This document shows, piece by piece, positions 29,447-43,349 of a stretch of 64,000 nucleotides of DNA. Where the stretch lies: the NCBI RefSeq assembly GCF_009914755.1, contig NC_060946.1; one strand, 5' to 3'. The notes under the pieces are model-generated. The model saw nothing but the letters and a program-made list of their open reading frames with translations. It did no database searches and was not told the DNA's origin. The translations under genes were made by a program, and so were the position numbers. Every line of letters begins with the position of its first letter. Within the stretch, counting starts at the first letter, position 1. This stretch comes from the human T2T-CHM13v2.0 reference genome, Homo sapiens.

Positions 29447-32400
29447 AAAAATGAAAGTATGCAATATGTGTATGTGTGTATATATGTATATAAAACAAGC
29501 ACTCATTTTCATTATGTACATATATGCACATTATGAGTGTGAATATATGTTAAATAATATCCCATCAGTTTTGTATTTGTAACACATATATGTACATGCA
29601 TATACAACAAATAGAGGTGTTTTGCATAATAATTTCATTTATATTCATTTCATCAGCTAAGAACTAAAGAGAATTTAAATCAAAATCAATTATTCATTTA
29701 CAGGTGTTTTTAACCATTATCTCCCCCTTTATCTTCACTTTTATGCCTCCTTATATTGCCATTTTGTGACTTTTTTTGCCATAAATTATACATATTTGGA
29801 ACAGTCACTTTAAGAAATTCAATCTTTGGGTAAGATCTCTAAGACTGATTTAGTATGAATATGTGTGTGGGCACACACTTGACAAAGAAAGGTCATTTAT
29901 AAATATATGTGTACACTTATCAAAATAATTCACATAAAATCTCTGAATAAAATTATCTGTACGCTTTTTCTGTCAATAAAAGCAATATAGTATAATTCTT
30001 GGTAGTAAACCTCTTTGTTTTCATTCTGTTGCCCACCATGTGAGCTGCCATGTTGGTATAATACCTTGATCATTTGATATTTTAATACAGCAAATAATAG
30101 TGATCCCCCCAAAATAATAAATAAATAAATAAATCAGTGAGTTTCAAGGAAATAAATTGTTTGATGGATCAGATAATTTGAAGTTGTTAGTTTGTTCTCT
30201 ATCAAGGTGAACGAAGATGAAAACTAAAGTTCTCAAGGCCAGTGCATACATCAGTCACCATTACCAAATATCTTGACACCTATATTGCCAAATATTTCAT
30301 GTACCGCTTTAGTGGTGATTAATCAATGTGCCATGGCACTGAAACTGAAACAAGACTTTGTAGTACAAGTGATATTCAAAGGGTTTTGAAAATTTATCAG
30401 CCCTATAGATATAGATGAAAATTTATCATCTATATCTATCTAGAAATACTGTTTTTATAAATGTTACCTATCCAAATATTGGTTTTATTTACTTAATATT
30501 TAGAAAACATGAGTTTAGTAAAAATTGTTCAGATTTTCTTAATGTAGTGTGTGAAATTACTATGTAATTATACAAGAAATATGCTACACAGCTGAATATA
30601 CAAATAGGCCAGCAGAGGTAGCAAAAGGTGCCCTTCAGTGTTATTATCTCCCCTATAATCTTCAGCAACATCACCCGCTCTTCTCTCTACACCACTGATG
30701 TATGTTATCTAAATCAAGTTCTGTGCAAATGCCACCTCAACATGAGTCCTCTAGCCTTGCCTTCTTATCAGAATGCAGCTTGCAAGCCCCAATATGTAAT
30801 TCTAGAGCCACCTCTGAAAAATACACACTTGTTGCAAGTATTGAAAAGCCTCATATTGCAAATTCAGAATTTACAATATTGAAAAAATTAATAATTTTTT
30901 TAAAAAGTTACAATACTGTGAACTATATAAAATGAATTGTGCTGGGATCAGATGACTCTCTTCATTCCAGCCTATCTTATATTTTCTCATTAATTTCTCC
31001 ATATAGTCACAACTAACAACAACAGACTCACTATTACATTTCATTAATTGGCTATTTTATAATAAATGATCTCAATAGCATTTCTGAACTGTCTGCTGTT
31101 CTGGTTTTACATAATTCTTGAATTTTTGAATGAGTTAGTTTTTTATTGAAAAAGACCTGACTCTTATGCTTAGAAAAGCCATCATTTCTTTCTGTAAGCT
31201 TTCTATCTTCTATAAGCTTTACATGTTCCATAAGCAAACATTCACTGGTTTTGTGATCAAACTAGAGAGGCAAATTCAGTTAATAATAACAACGTCATTT
31301 ATCATCCTCAAATCTAGTGTTATGGATAATATGATTTCCACAAGGAGATGGTTGCATGAGCGACAAGAGAAAGACAATCAACAGTCTTTTACTCATACCA
31401 AGATATGTGCACACACACTTGTTTCCACAGTCAAAGTAATGCCATATGTCCCCAGTGATGTGGGTGGGCAAAAGGAACAGTTGGCCTGCTAATGAGGGCC
31501 ATATGTACACGCAGCCTATCATACCATCCTTCTTACTTATGGTTGCTGAAAACTCAGTTGAAGTGCTTGCTCTGAGGAATAGCATGGCTGGAGGAGGGGA
31601 GGCTTCCTTAATAGCAGGAAAGGACCATTTGTTGTACAACTACTGTATCTCTGAAACTGGGAGCTAAAAATATGCATGTACATTACTCATTCTCATTAAG
31701 AGTTACTTAAGCATCAGTAGAGTTCTTTATTCCAGTTTCACCTTATTTCACTAAATTCTTTTGCATTTATGTGCAAAGGGATCTTTGGCCCTTTTCAAAA
31801 ATTACCTTTCATAATCAATCTTGTTAATTTGATGTTCAGTTACACCAACCTCTCTTTATTTTTAGCTTGATCTTCAGAAAATTTATACTTTCTTTGACAT
31901 TGTTAAATGTTACAATATTAAAAGAAATGAAAAAGACTTAAAAACTTAGAATATTTGAATGAGGGTTGCTGGAAGGCAGAGAGAGCAATAAGGCAAAAGT
32001 ACTTACTTACTGCACTACTGTTCCAAAGTAAAAAAAAAAAACGAAGATTTTAAAAATGATTATAGCAGCTTTGTATCTCAACCAGGGTTTCCTTTGAAAT
32101 TTCTACAACTGCAAACACTATTCAGCAATTTACACTGATTATAAAATTTATTGTTTTAAGGTCAATTGTGATACTGTGATCAGATAATAAAATTTACTTT
32201 ACTCTTAATGGCTTCATTTTGACAAATGAGGGAGCTTTTAGGAAGGACAATGCCCCCTGCACAACAACCAGTTAAGCATGTCACATCCATTTACAATATA
32301 ATTTTAAGAAAAATGAAGGACAAACTACTTGTGAGGCAGCAAGAATTCATTTGCATTAAATTAATTTGAACAGGGCATTTCAAGTTCTCTCTGGCAACGA

Positions 32401-33020
32401 CGGAATAAAGGGGAAAACGAATCTATCTTATGCAACGATCCTCTTCTAGGTTACAGAAAGATTTGAAAGGCTGACATGATCATTGTTAAATTTCTTCTAG
32501 AAGTCTATGATTAGTATCATAGATAAAACTCATGAGATAAAATATTCACAATGAATGTTTGTGAACTGCATCAATTATTATGGAACTACTGTCTAACATC
32601 CCTTTGAAAATTGATATTCTGCAAAGGTTAAAAAAACACCAACCTTTCTGTGCTTTCTTATATGGATGAGGTTTTGTAAACAAGAACTAAGCTTCACAAA
32701 TAAGCACTATGGAAGATAATGTTCTATGTTAATTTAAACCTAAGTAATCCAGAAGTTGGCCTTGATAAATAATGGGTTTAATTAATATTTTTGACCCCAG
32801 CAGTGCAAATACTTTTACTTACATTTTACTAAAGCTAGATTTGACAAATCTAAGGGTATTTAATTTATCAGTAGCTGTTATCAGTCAGATGAAAACTTCC
32901 CCATCAATACCTTCTAATGGTTCAAAAATAAATTGTTACTCCCACAGATACATTGTTTTTCCATGCGTAAGCAAGCACATTAATTTCAGGTTCTCAATGC
33001 ACAAAAATATTATTACCACT

Positions 33021-33518
33021 TGTGATAGGCTGCATAATAGTCCCAAAAGATGTTCTTGGCCTAATCTCCAGGCCCTGGGAATGTGCTGCCTTACACAGCC
33101 AAAGGGACTTGTAGATATGATTAAGTTAAGGATCTTGAGACAAAGTGATTATCCCAGATCATCTATGTGAGTCCAAAGTAATCACAGGAGTCTTTAGATG
33201 AAGTAGAGAGAAGGACTCAAAGTTAAAGGAGGAGACAATGCGGAGACAGAAACAGAAATAAGAGCAATGCACCTTGAAAATGGAGGAATGGGTAAAAGAC
33301 AATGAATACAGGTGCCACTAGAAGCAGAAAAAGGCAAGAGAATGGATTCTCCCCTCAGCACCTCGAGAAGGAACCAACACGGCAGACACATTGACTTAGC
33401 CTAATTAAAGTGATTTTGGACTTCTGACCTTTGAAACTGTAAGACGATAAATATGTGTTATTTTAAGTTATTTAAATGTGTGGTAATTTGTTATAGCAGC
33501 AGTAATGCAACTAATACA
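33021..33518 (+). mobile_element. MLT1 (C/D-like) solo LTR with CCACT TSD
   Basis: TG...CA termini; gattaagttaaggatcttgaga; ttgttatagcagca...aactaataca; CCACT on both sides. Confidence 0.9.
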
Positions 33519-34439
33519 CCACTACAATAAGCAAAGGAAATACAGTGCAATAGTGACAAACTTAAGGGATTCCAGAAAGGAGAAATGAAGTGGTAAACTC
33601 AATCACAGGATTATATTAGTAACTGTATTATATGTTACTTGCTTACCCTTTCAATCATATTATTGCTGTAATTATCATTATCATCCAATCAATATGATTA
33701 CACTAGTACGTATAACTTAGAGATGAAAATTTTTTTCTATTTCACCCTTCCCATAATTCCATGCAGCTACCCCTAAGCAACCGTGTATCTGATGGAGCTA
33801 ATATTTTCATGGAAAAATCTTCCATGTTAAGCAGAAAATTTACATCTAAAATTAAATTCCTTTAAGCCAGTCTGGGGACAATACCTAGAAAATTCAAATA
33901 TTACTTCTCAAGAATACCACTAGCAGTGAGTTTGTGATGCTCTCTTCCACCAACTGAAAATTAATTTTAAAGATTTTCAAAGCAATATTTTAAAAAATCG
34001 TGTACAAATTTTTCCTCTTGGTAAAAATAAACCACTTCTCAACCCTCCATTATATTTATGTTAATTACATGAAGTCCATACATGAATTATCATACCACAA
34101 ATAGAAAACTATTTAAATAGAAAAATCTCACTTGGTGCTGACAGTAAATTAAGTTGAAAGGAAAAGAGTCCCAACTCCCACCCCCAAACTTAGAGACCAA
34201 GGTTGCCTTGTCACATTCTGTGCCCAGACCTTCTACTTCCACGCCTTCCCAATCCTTTCCTTGGCTTGGAAAATTGGGCATGAGGCAAGCAAAAGGAAGG
34301 ACAGAAGGCCAAAATGGGCATCCGGGAAACCAAATTTCTGTCTTAAAAGCTTGTCTAGAAACACATACATAATGCTTGCCTTTGGGGACATTTCCTAAAA
34401 CCCCATTCACTTAAGCTAATTCCATCCGAATGCCTCCAT

Positions 34440-35010
34440 GCTGGCTGTGAGGATCGCAACCACCCACCGCCCATCCGCCCACTCGCAGACTGTGCAGCTA
34501 CCGCCAAAACCTTCCGTGAATTTGGGAAATATAAAGGCAGCAGTGCTTGGGGGAGCTGAGCAGCCTCGCCAATTCCACGTCTCTGGTTCGAGACCCCTCC
34601 GTTCACCTCTTTGCCGAGCTCACCTGGAGTCAGGTTTAGACGACAGCCTCCACCCAGGGGGACTGGGAAGCAACCCTGGGAAGCTCCGCAGCGTCCGTGT
34701 GAATAATGAGCGCAGCGCAGCGGAACAGCTCCCCCCCGGACCTGCTGCTCCGGCTGCTCCCCGATTTCTTCCACTCTCTGTCTGGGAGCCGTCTTTCCTT
34801 TTCTTTCCTCTCCCTCCCCTGCCTGCAGCTACCGCGCTCCCTTCTCCTGGTGGTGGCGCAGGGCTGTCCTTCCGCCTCCCTCCTCCAGGCGCAGGAGCTG
34901 CCCGTGCTACTAATGAGCAGGCTCCAGGCTCCTCCCGGTCTGGGGTGCGCACAAGCCCCACGCCAGAAACGAGTTCCCAGGAGCAGAGCTATGGATATGC
35001 CTTGTGCGGC
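34440..35010 (-). promoter_or_regulatory. CpG island / promoter-like region, probable paralog of the ROBO2 isoform-a promoter
   Basis: Isolated GC- and CpG-rich ~570 bp in AT-rich DNA; purine-rich GA tract on the minus strand; ends in a strong splice donor. The ROBO2a identity is from memory only. Confidence 0.7.
34624..34790 (-). other. Non-coding first exon (ROBO2a exon 1-like paralog); 5' boundary approximate
   Basis: No ATG on the minus strand; ends ...GTCTAAACCTGACTCCAG|GTGAGC (consensus donor); resembles the ROBO2a 5'UTR as I recall it. Confidence 0.62.
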
Positions 35011-38000
35011 CACTGGAGAAATGAACTGGAGGAGGCAACCATCTGTACCCCTCTAGCATCTCACACTTTCTAGCCACTCAGCTTAACTAAGCCATAACCC
35101 CAGACTTCTTCCTAAATCTCTCCCGTAACTTACAAGTGCTGAAAAGTAAATGAGGGGTTTGAGCACATATCTGTGTTAACATTATTGTTTGTATAGAGAT
35201 GCTAATTTGGCTAGATTCTAGGGATGAAATGTTGAAGGAATGGTACATGATTTTGTCTGGTTGCTATTTTGACTGTACTTACAGATCTGTAACATAAACC
35301 AGCAATCTTCTAATCATGACAACACAGATTGCTAATGGAAGGCAACTGATACTTATTGAATACCAGGCTCTGTTTAATAGTCTCTTTTTTCCCAGCTAAT
35401 CTTTACTACAATTCTGTGAGCACTACTAGCATCCCTATTCTATATTTTAAGAATTTGAGACTAACTTTTAAAACAAGACGGTCTTAAAACAAGACTAAGT
35501 AACATGTTCCAGCTCGCAGAGATTCTAAGTTTCTGAGCCTGAATAATAACTGAAATCTGTAGCTCTCACAACCCATACCCTGTGTATAACGTGTTGCAGC
35601 GTCTTGGATGGTACTGTGTAATTGAACCAGCAAAGATAACAGGACTATCAGCAAATACACACCACGAGACTAATGAATACCTAGACTCCTAGTGAGACTT
35701 GTAAATAGTTTTTCCTTAGGAAAAAGATAAGAATTTTTTTCCATGGTATAAAATACTAGAATATGACTTTTATATTTTTCTTCATGAAGATTAAAGAATT
35801 AATAAATTAAGTACAGACATATTTATTGTCAACAAATCTATCCAGATCATTCATTCTCCACTCAAGAAATTATTCTAGGCAAGCTTTATTTCTCCATATG
35901 TATGAGGCAATTCAGAGGTCAAAAATTTTAAAACACTTAAATTAATATCAACCATTAATTAACTAAGAGTAGATTTTATTTATAAACAACTTTAAAAGAC
36001 TATGAACAAGGTATAACAAACTTCTACTTTATAAATACTACTACTTCTACTGAACACAAAGATATATAATTATAGTTTTCTCCCTATTTAAAATATCTAT
36101 TGATTCTGGCATAATAATGTCATACTCATCCCTCAATAATCAGTGTACATGTAACCAGAAATCTTTTTTATTCATCTAGCCAATGTAAGTATCTCTGTGT
36201 TTTGCATGTTAACACTCTATTTATTCTGTGTTTCTAGTGCTTATCCTCAAAATTTTTATAGTTCTGTTCACATATGAATTCTACCAATCAGCACTGTATA
36301 AATAATGAAACATATAAAATGTGTTAAATAAATGGATGTAAGGTTTATGCTAAATTTTTCACATAGTAAGTGCTTCAAAACCCTTATTATTTTTCCTTAA
36401 GCTTTTATGTGTGCATATTTTATCTCTCCAACTAAAGAATAAACTTCTAAATAAGAATAGTTTTGTCTATAAATTTTATGCATTTTAACACATTATTAAT
36501 CTAAAACCTTGGACTAGAGTTTGGAAATTCTTTTATGTATTCATTTATTGATTCAAAAAATAGGTTTCCATGCCATTTTTTCTAAACCTTGTGCAAGATG
36601 TAGGGTATAAAATGATGTCCAAACTTGATAGAGTCCTTGACCTCATGGAGTTTAAGGTGCAGTAATGTACAGTAATTTTAAAATCTATTTATTATTATTT
36701 GAAACAATAAATGAATATATTCTTGCCAAAAATAAGTGAAAAGTCTGTCTGAACTCCTTGGCCAAGGCCAAAGCAAGAAAGCAAAAGAGCTGCCTGAAAA
36801 CACTGCAAGCCACTCTCAAGAGGGTTTCTCTGTTGAAACAGTACATCTCATTATGGAAATGATGAGAAAAATTAGTAACTGTGCAAATGGCAGCACACAT
36901 GCATCTTTGTGGTTTCTGACCTTTTAGCATTGTCAAAGGAAGACCACAAACCTTTCAACACCATGCGTGGTATTAATCTTGCACAGAATATAATGTTTTC
37001 ACATATTTTATTCTGATTTCCTATAAAGTAATTTCAACTTTTAGCTAAAGCTAATGGATTTTTCTAGTGAAAACATTGTGTACTGAATGGCTTTCCAGTG
37101 AGATCGGCGTACCATGCGCCATTTTCATGCTCATACTCATTTCTCCGAAGTCTGTTTGCCTTTAATTCACCATGATAAAATTCCTTGTGTACTTTTATTG
37201 GCAACCATCGCATAGTGACACTTGCATCCAAATGTAATTCAATTTGAGCTTGGCAGTGTTTGCTTTTTTATCAGAAAAGGAAAGTTAGAGGGAACGAGGT
37301 GCAAAGATGTGTGTAAGAACATCTGAGGGGCCATCACAGCATCATCACAAATTCAAGATTTTTTTGAAACATTAGATAAGGGACTGAGAGCCATGCCCTG
37401 GGATGGCTGAAACACTTCACAACCTGCTCATGTTTATGAGCAAAATCATCACCTAAAATGAATTCAATGTATAACTATCATAATATTGTTTGTGTATAAG
37501 TAATCATGAAGCAGTGTTAGGGAAGGGAGTATAATCTAGTAAGAAATTGGAACAAAAAAATGTTAGACAAAATTCAAGAAGATTTAAAAGAAGAAAATTA
37601 TCCTGTCTGTTCTGAACAGAATTGAAAAAGCACATCAATCATAGCTCTATACATTGACCATAGACTTAAAGCATAACATAAAAATAAAGAAGGCAGATAA
37701 CTGAGGAAAACATTTCTATAAAATCTACTCCGTAAAGTTTTCCCATACTTTTATTTTACTAACAGGAGCATACATTTAAATCTCACAAAATCAAATATAT
37801 TTTGCTGATTCAATTTGTAGCAGATAGAGGAGCGCGTCCCAGTGCTATGACAGTGAGTTGTCACTATAACATACCACTGCTTTACATCTTACCCACAGGC
37901 TAAAATGTTTACCCCTAGAGTCATGACTTTGTATACGGCAGGGGATTGCTACTAAAAGCAAATATATGTGGCTGAAGGGTAGATAAATCTTTAGGCCATT

Positions 38001-38237
38001 ATATTACTCACTAAAATTTAGCAGGCATTTACATATTTACCTACTTAGTTCATATGACAAATATGTTTGAGAGTCTGCCATATACAAAAAAGAAAAAGAT
38101 GGAACCATCTTACAAATTTAGAGATTACTGAAAGAAATGGAACTGAAGGGTTAATCGTGATGGCAAAAATGAAGAGAGCAAAACCAGAGGGTACTTCAAG
38201 GAGAACAGGCCTGGGAGAGGCATTATAATTTGGAGGG

Positions 38238-38642
38238 TGCTATGATTTGAACCTATGTGCCCATCCAAAGTTTGTATGTTGAAACTAAAATCCCAGGATA
38301 ATGATATTAAGAGATGGGGCTTTTGGTTAAGTGATTAAGTGAAGAAGGACCCACCCTCATGAATGAGATAAATGCCCTAATAAAAGATGCTTTAGAGGAA
38401 TGCCTGGCTCCTCAGTCCCTTCTGCCATGTCCTTACATTGTCCGTTTTTGCCCACTTTTGTCATGTGAAGACGAAGCAAGAAGGTGCCACCTTGGGAGCA
38501 GAGAGCAGTCCAGACCAACCGCCAAATCTCCACTGCCTTGATTTCGGACTTCTCAGCCCCAGAACTGTGAGAAATACATTTCTGTTTTTTATAAATTACT
38601 CAATCTGTGGCATTTTGTTATAGCAGCACACAGACAAAAACA
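38238..38642 (+). mobile_element. MST (ERVL-MaLR) solo LTR with GAGGG TSD
   Basis: tgctatgatttgaa...ccagaactgtgagaaatacatttctg...ttgttatagcagcac; GAGGG on both sides. Confidence 0.9.
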
Positions 38643-39404
38643 GAGGGTAAACAGCCTGGTGAGAGTGGATATTTTAGAAACTTGAGATGATTTAATGTCG
38701 CTGATTCTCCATTTTCTCGTATGTAAAATGAAGGAAATAATGCTGATTACTTCATAGTTCATTGTGCAAATTAAATTAACTAAACTATGTAAATAAAGCA
38801 AGCAATATAGTTCCTCTTATCTAGTATACACTGTTTAAGTATTGTTATTATTACATGAGGAAACCAAGAACTTCCCCACACAGAAGGATGTGGCAACCAA
38901 AACCAAGATGTAAGAAAGGACCAAAGTTCACTGTGACAATTTGGTCAAGCGCTGGTTAGGGAAGATAGCATAATGTTACATATAGATATTATTTTAGGAT
39001 AATTTTACTCTCCCCGAACTCCTCTAGCACTTTTCCTAGGTCTTTCATTGCACTTCTTAGTTTGTCTCTTTAATTATGGTTATTTATATAAATCTTTTAG
39101 CTTCCTACAAAAATAAGCTTGTAGTGGGACAGATTCTTAAGGATCTATGTCAAAGCAATTTTTCTATTTCCTACAGCAAGTAACCCAGCAGTAATCACCC
39201 AGAATTTGTTAAAGGAAGAAACACAGGAAGATTAATTTCAATTTTTTCTTTGCTAATTTTTAATCAGAATTATACCATTGTTAGGGAGGGAGAAATTATA
39301 AATTGTGAGGACATGAGTATTAATATTTAAATCTGTTATTCTGCTTTATTTTAGAGTTTGCCATGTTTTGTGATTAAAAAAAAAGAAACAGGGCATTCTA
39401 TATA

Positions 39405-39552
39405 GCTGTTGCAAAACGTGTGGTCTGTTGGTGAACTAGCAGCACCAGCATTACCAAGAGTTCCTTAGTTTGCAGGACTATTGAGTCAGAATTCGTATTT
39501 TGACAAAACTCCAGCTGATTCATGCTATGCATTTAAGTTGGAGAAGCACTGT
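39405..39552. mobile_element. MER5A-like DNA transposon remnant
   Basis: ctagcagcaccagcattacc...gagtcagaattc...taagttggagaagcactg. Confidence 0.65.
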
Positions 39553-40829
39553 TTTATAGTTCTCCTTATGTCCTAAACGCATTGTCAGTGAAAGAAAATA
39601 CCATATGTATGATAATAATAGTGGTAATATTAACAAAAATGTAACTGTTAGTAATTTTATATGCTCTCCCAGATACTAAGTCCTTTATTTAATACTTGTG
39701 ATAATTCTGCGAAGTTGCAATTGATATCACCTACTAAACTGATACTCAGAAATCTGAAGTAATTCTCCAAGGTCACAAAGCTAGTGAATCACAAACAAGA
39801 TTTTTAAACTCTTGCTGCTTCATTCCAAAGACTAAACTGTTTCTAACTCACGGTTAATACATTTGCTTCTGCCTTCCATTTCCTGAATGTGGTTTCCTTT
39901 CTATTTCATTAACTTTGTTTATACATGACTGATTTTTAACCCTCTCTAATATTTTCAGAATACGGTGTACTATAGGTTAATAAGGACAATACCAAGTAAT
40001 ATCATGTTGAGAAAGTGTGCAGAAGTAGCATCAAAAAACAGAGACTTTTTCCAAAATGTTTACTAAAAACGTTCAATAAAAACAAGACTTTCTACTTAGA
40101 AATTCTACCTTGCATAACTCAAAAGGAACATGATTATTAAAATGACAAAAAAGATTCCATAATTGCCTAAGAGCTAAGAATAAGAATTGCTATATAAAAA
40201 AGCATAAATATGCCATGTGAATGACATCTATAAGAATCATCGGAGTGCTATCTGGTATTTAGTATTTAGTTCCATTCTGCAGTATGATCAAAAAGAAGCG
40301 TCTGTATAATTCACTGTGCATTATAGCACAATAAATCACCTCATTAGGCTCAGATATATGTAAAGATTTACAGTCTGGGAAAGTCCACTGGGTATTCTTA
40401 ATCACTTCTTAGACTGTACCGTCCCCCATATTTCTCTTTGTCTATAGAAAGGTTGCACATGGAAAGGCTTTATTTTAAATCCGGCAATGAATGGAATGTC
40501 TGTGAAGCAAGAAATAGATGGAAATTGACATTTTAAAAGAAAGATTGGCTTCTGAAGAGATATAGCTGTGACCTTGGTCTTTTTGTTGGAGCGAAGTATT
40601 CCCTAGCCTTACTGCACTATTTTTCCCAAAGCACTCTTTGTATTGTTCTCCCTTCATCTCTGGCTCCTATCACATGGCCCCTCCCTCATTCTATCTGTTG
40701 ACTTCTGAGAAAAATGCTTAAATTCTCCAGAGAAGATTGAGAACAATGCTAAATATTCCTCAGAGAAGCAAAATGTTAACAGTTTATAGTTTCACATGAA
40801 ATTCTCTATCTCTTCTCTCTTTCTGTCTC

Positions 40830-41051
40830 GTGTGTGTGTGTGTGTATACAGTATAATATACAGTAGATATGTATATATACAGTATAATATACAGTATATA
40901 TAGTATAATATACAGTAGATATATACAGTATAATATACAGTATATATAGTATAATATATAGTATAATATACAGTATATATAGTATAATATATAGTATAAT
41001 ATGCAGTATATATGTATATCTATACAGTATATGTGTGTGTGTGTGTGTGTG

Positions 41052-41088
<37 letters not shown>
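40830..41088. repeat. Compound TG / TA-rich / CA simple repeat
   Basis: (TG)n, degenerate TACAGTATAATA units, (TG)n-TATA-(CA)n. Confidence 0.95.
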
Positions 41089-41090
<2 letters not shown>

Positions 41091-41145
41091 CCATTTACCT
41101 CCCAGGCTATACATCCTGAAATCTTAAAAGTAGAAAGCCCTCACA

Positions 41146-41437
41146 GGCCACGGTTGCTCATGCCTGTAATCCCAGCACTTTGGGAGGCCGAGGCGTGCGG
41201 ATCACCTGAGGTCGGGAGTTCGAGACCAGCCTGACCAACATGGTGAAACCCCATCTCTACTAAAAATACAAAAAATTAGCTGGGCGTTGTGTTTTGTGCC
41301 TGTAATCCCAGCTACTCAGGAGGTGGAGGCAGGAGAATCACTTGAACCCGGGAGTCGGAGGTTGTGTGAGCCGAGACCATGACATTGCACTCCAGCCTGG
41401 GCAATGAGAGCGAAACTCCATCTCAAAAAAAAAAAAG
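41146..41437 (+). mobile_element. AluS (Sp/Sq-like)
   Basis: gaggtcgggagttcgagaccagcctgaccaacatgg; full dimer with A-tail. Confidence 0.94.
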
Positions 41438-41512
41438 GTGGAAAGGTCTTAAAAGACTTTTGAAAATGAGATTTGTCAAATATTTCTTATTAGAGATGAA
41501 GAAAATAAGTGT

Positions 41513-41733
41513 GGACCCACATGTAACCTGTCTGAGGTCACAGAGGTAGGGACCCACACATAACGTGTTTGAGGTCACAGAGGTAGGGACACACACGTAC
41601 CCTGTCTGAGGTCACAGAGGTAGGGACCCACACTAACCTGTCTGAGGTCACAGAGGTAGGGACCCACACGTAACCTGTCTGAGGTCACAGAGGTAGGGAC
41701 CCACACGTAACCTGTCTGAGGTCACGTAGGTAG
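41513..41733. repeat. 37-bp minisatellite, 6 copies
   Basis: Unit GGACCCACACGTAACCTGTCTGAGGTCACAGAGGTAG starting at 41513, 41550, 41587, 41624, 41660, 41697. Confidence 0.97.
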
Positions 41734-43349
41734 TCATGCTGCAGCAGGCTTATTGGTTATCCTCTATGACATGTATTATTTTTGTTTTTGATCATTTCAA
41801 GAGGTTTCTAGTCGATAGTGGGACAAAATTTCTAATTTGGGAACCTAATTTTCTCTTCAAATCTTCTTTACATCTCTAGCTTATTAATACACCTCAGAAG
41901 TGTTACAGGAATTAATTAGCAGGATTTTGAAGAATATTTTGAGGTATGCTGGGAAAAATCATGTCAAGTATCAATGATTAGAAGCTAAACAATCAATACT
42001 AGATATAGTAAAATTATATTTAAACTTCCATATGGCATAAATAAGTTATTTTAATGTACAGTCAATGTACTTTGTAAACTTGCATATAAAATATTTGAAA
42101 AAATAACTTGCAATATATAAAATGTAAATATGCAAAGGAACAGAAAGGAAAAAATAGGTGAAAATAATCAGGCTAAAAAAACAGTACAGTGTCATCCTCA
42201 GAAGACTATAAAAGGATTCTCAACCTCAAGAAACAGAAGAACTTGAACATGGAAAATACCCTCTTCTAGCTGTACTGATTATGGTACATAATTTTAAAAG
42301 GCTTTTAGAGAGAAGGGAAATGTTTTATTATGTATTCAGCACAGTGTTATGGTGATGTTTCTTAACTATCAGCTATTTTTAAAATTCCCATAATCTTTCT
42401 ATAGATGACAAAGTTACATAAATATGAAGGATAAGAAGAGGCCCTGCAAAGGTGATAATACAATTCTCTTTTCAATGATAAGATATTTCTAAGCATGCAT
42501 CTGCTAATCATATTGATGTGCATTTAGTGTTCTTTTACCTACCCCTGTCAAAGTGGCTAAAGTAATCCTTCATAAGGAGATAATTTTTTCTTGTAGGTGA
42601 TTTTTTTCCACATAATACTCTAACATTTCCAATTCAATTTTTCTCGAAAAAGTTTACATGATATGCATATACAGTTACTAAAACTTTGGCTGCATAAATA
42701 ATTTAAATGGACTTTACTTCAAAGATAATATTTACTTTTAAAGTTGTAAACCTTTGAATCATCAATTAATTAGAATTATCTTATATCTTTCTTTATGAAT
42801 AAAGTTTTTTGTCCCTACATATTTATGATTTGGAAATTTTCACCTGGAAAATTTCATTTTCATTTGGATGCCTTGTCTTTAGTATAAAATTCAATATTTC
42901 AATTTCAATATAATTTTTTTATTGATTTTTACCTGAAATTATGATAAAATAAGAAAAATGAAAAATAGAGATAAACTTTAAATACAATGTTATTTGTGCT
43001 TAATAATAAAATCAAGAAAGTAAAATATCTAAAATAATAACTATTTAAATAAACAAAGTATCATATAATGGGCAAAATATTCTTCTGGCTAGTCAGATGA
43101 TTTTGACAGGTTGTTTACAGGTTCTGAAGTTCAGTTTGCTCATCTCTAACATGAGGTTGAACTAGTTATGGCTTGTTTGGCTGAACTCTGTAAAGCTGGT
43201 CAAAAAAGTTGCATTTGGATTCTTCTTCCTGTTACTGTATACAATAGAATCCTTCCTGTTTCTACCATAAGATTCAGAACACAGTCTCTGACCTTTCCGA
43301 ATAATTTCCAAGTCTCCTTGTTCTACTGAAGCCTTCTATAAATGGCTGT

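Noticed and set aside
31166-31667. Overlapping 73-114 aa ORFs as a possible exon of another gene
   Set aside because: No recognisable protein similarity or convincing splice-site pair
34355-35073. ORFs of 113-211 aa over the CpG island
   Set aside because: High GC suppresses stops; low-complexity products in several frames on both strands
40784-41086. Tyr/Ile/Cys-rich ORFs
   Set aside because: Translation of simple repeats
41513-41733. CRISPR-like array (37-bp repeats)
   Set aside because: Head-to-tail tandem units without unique spacers, in primate DNA, with no cas genes
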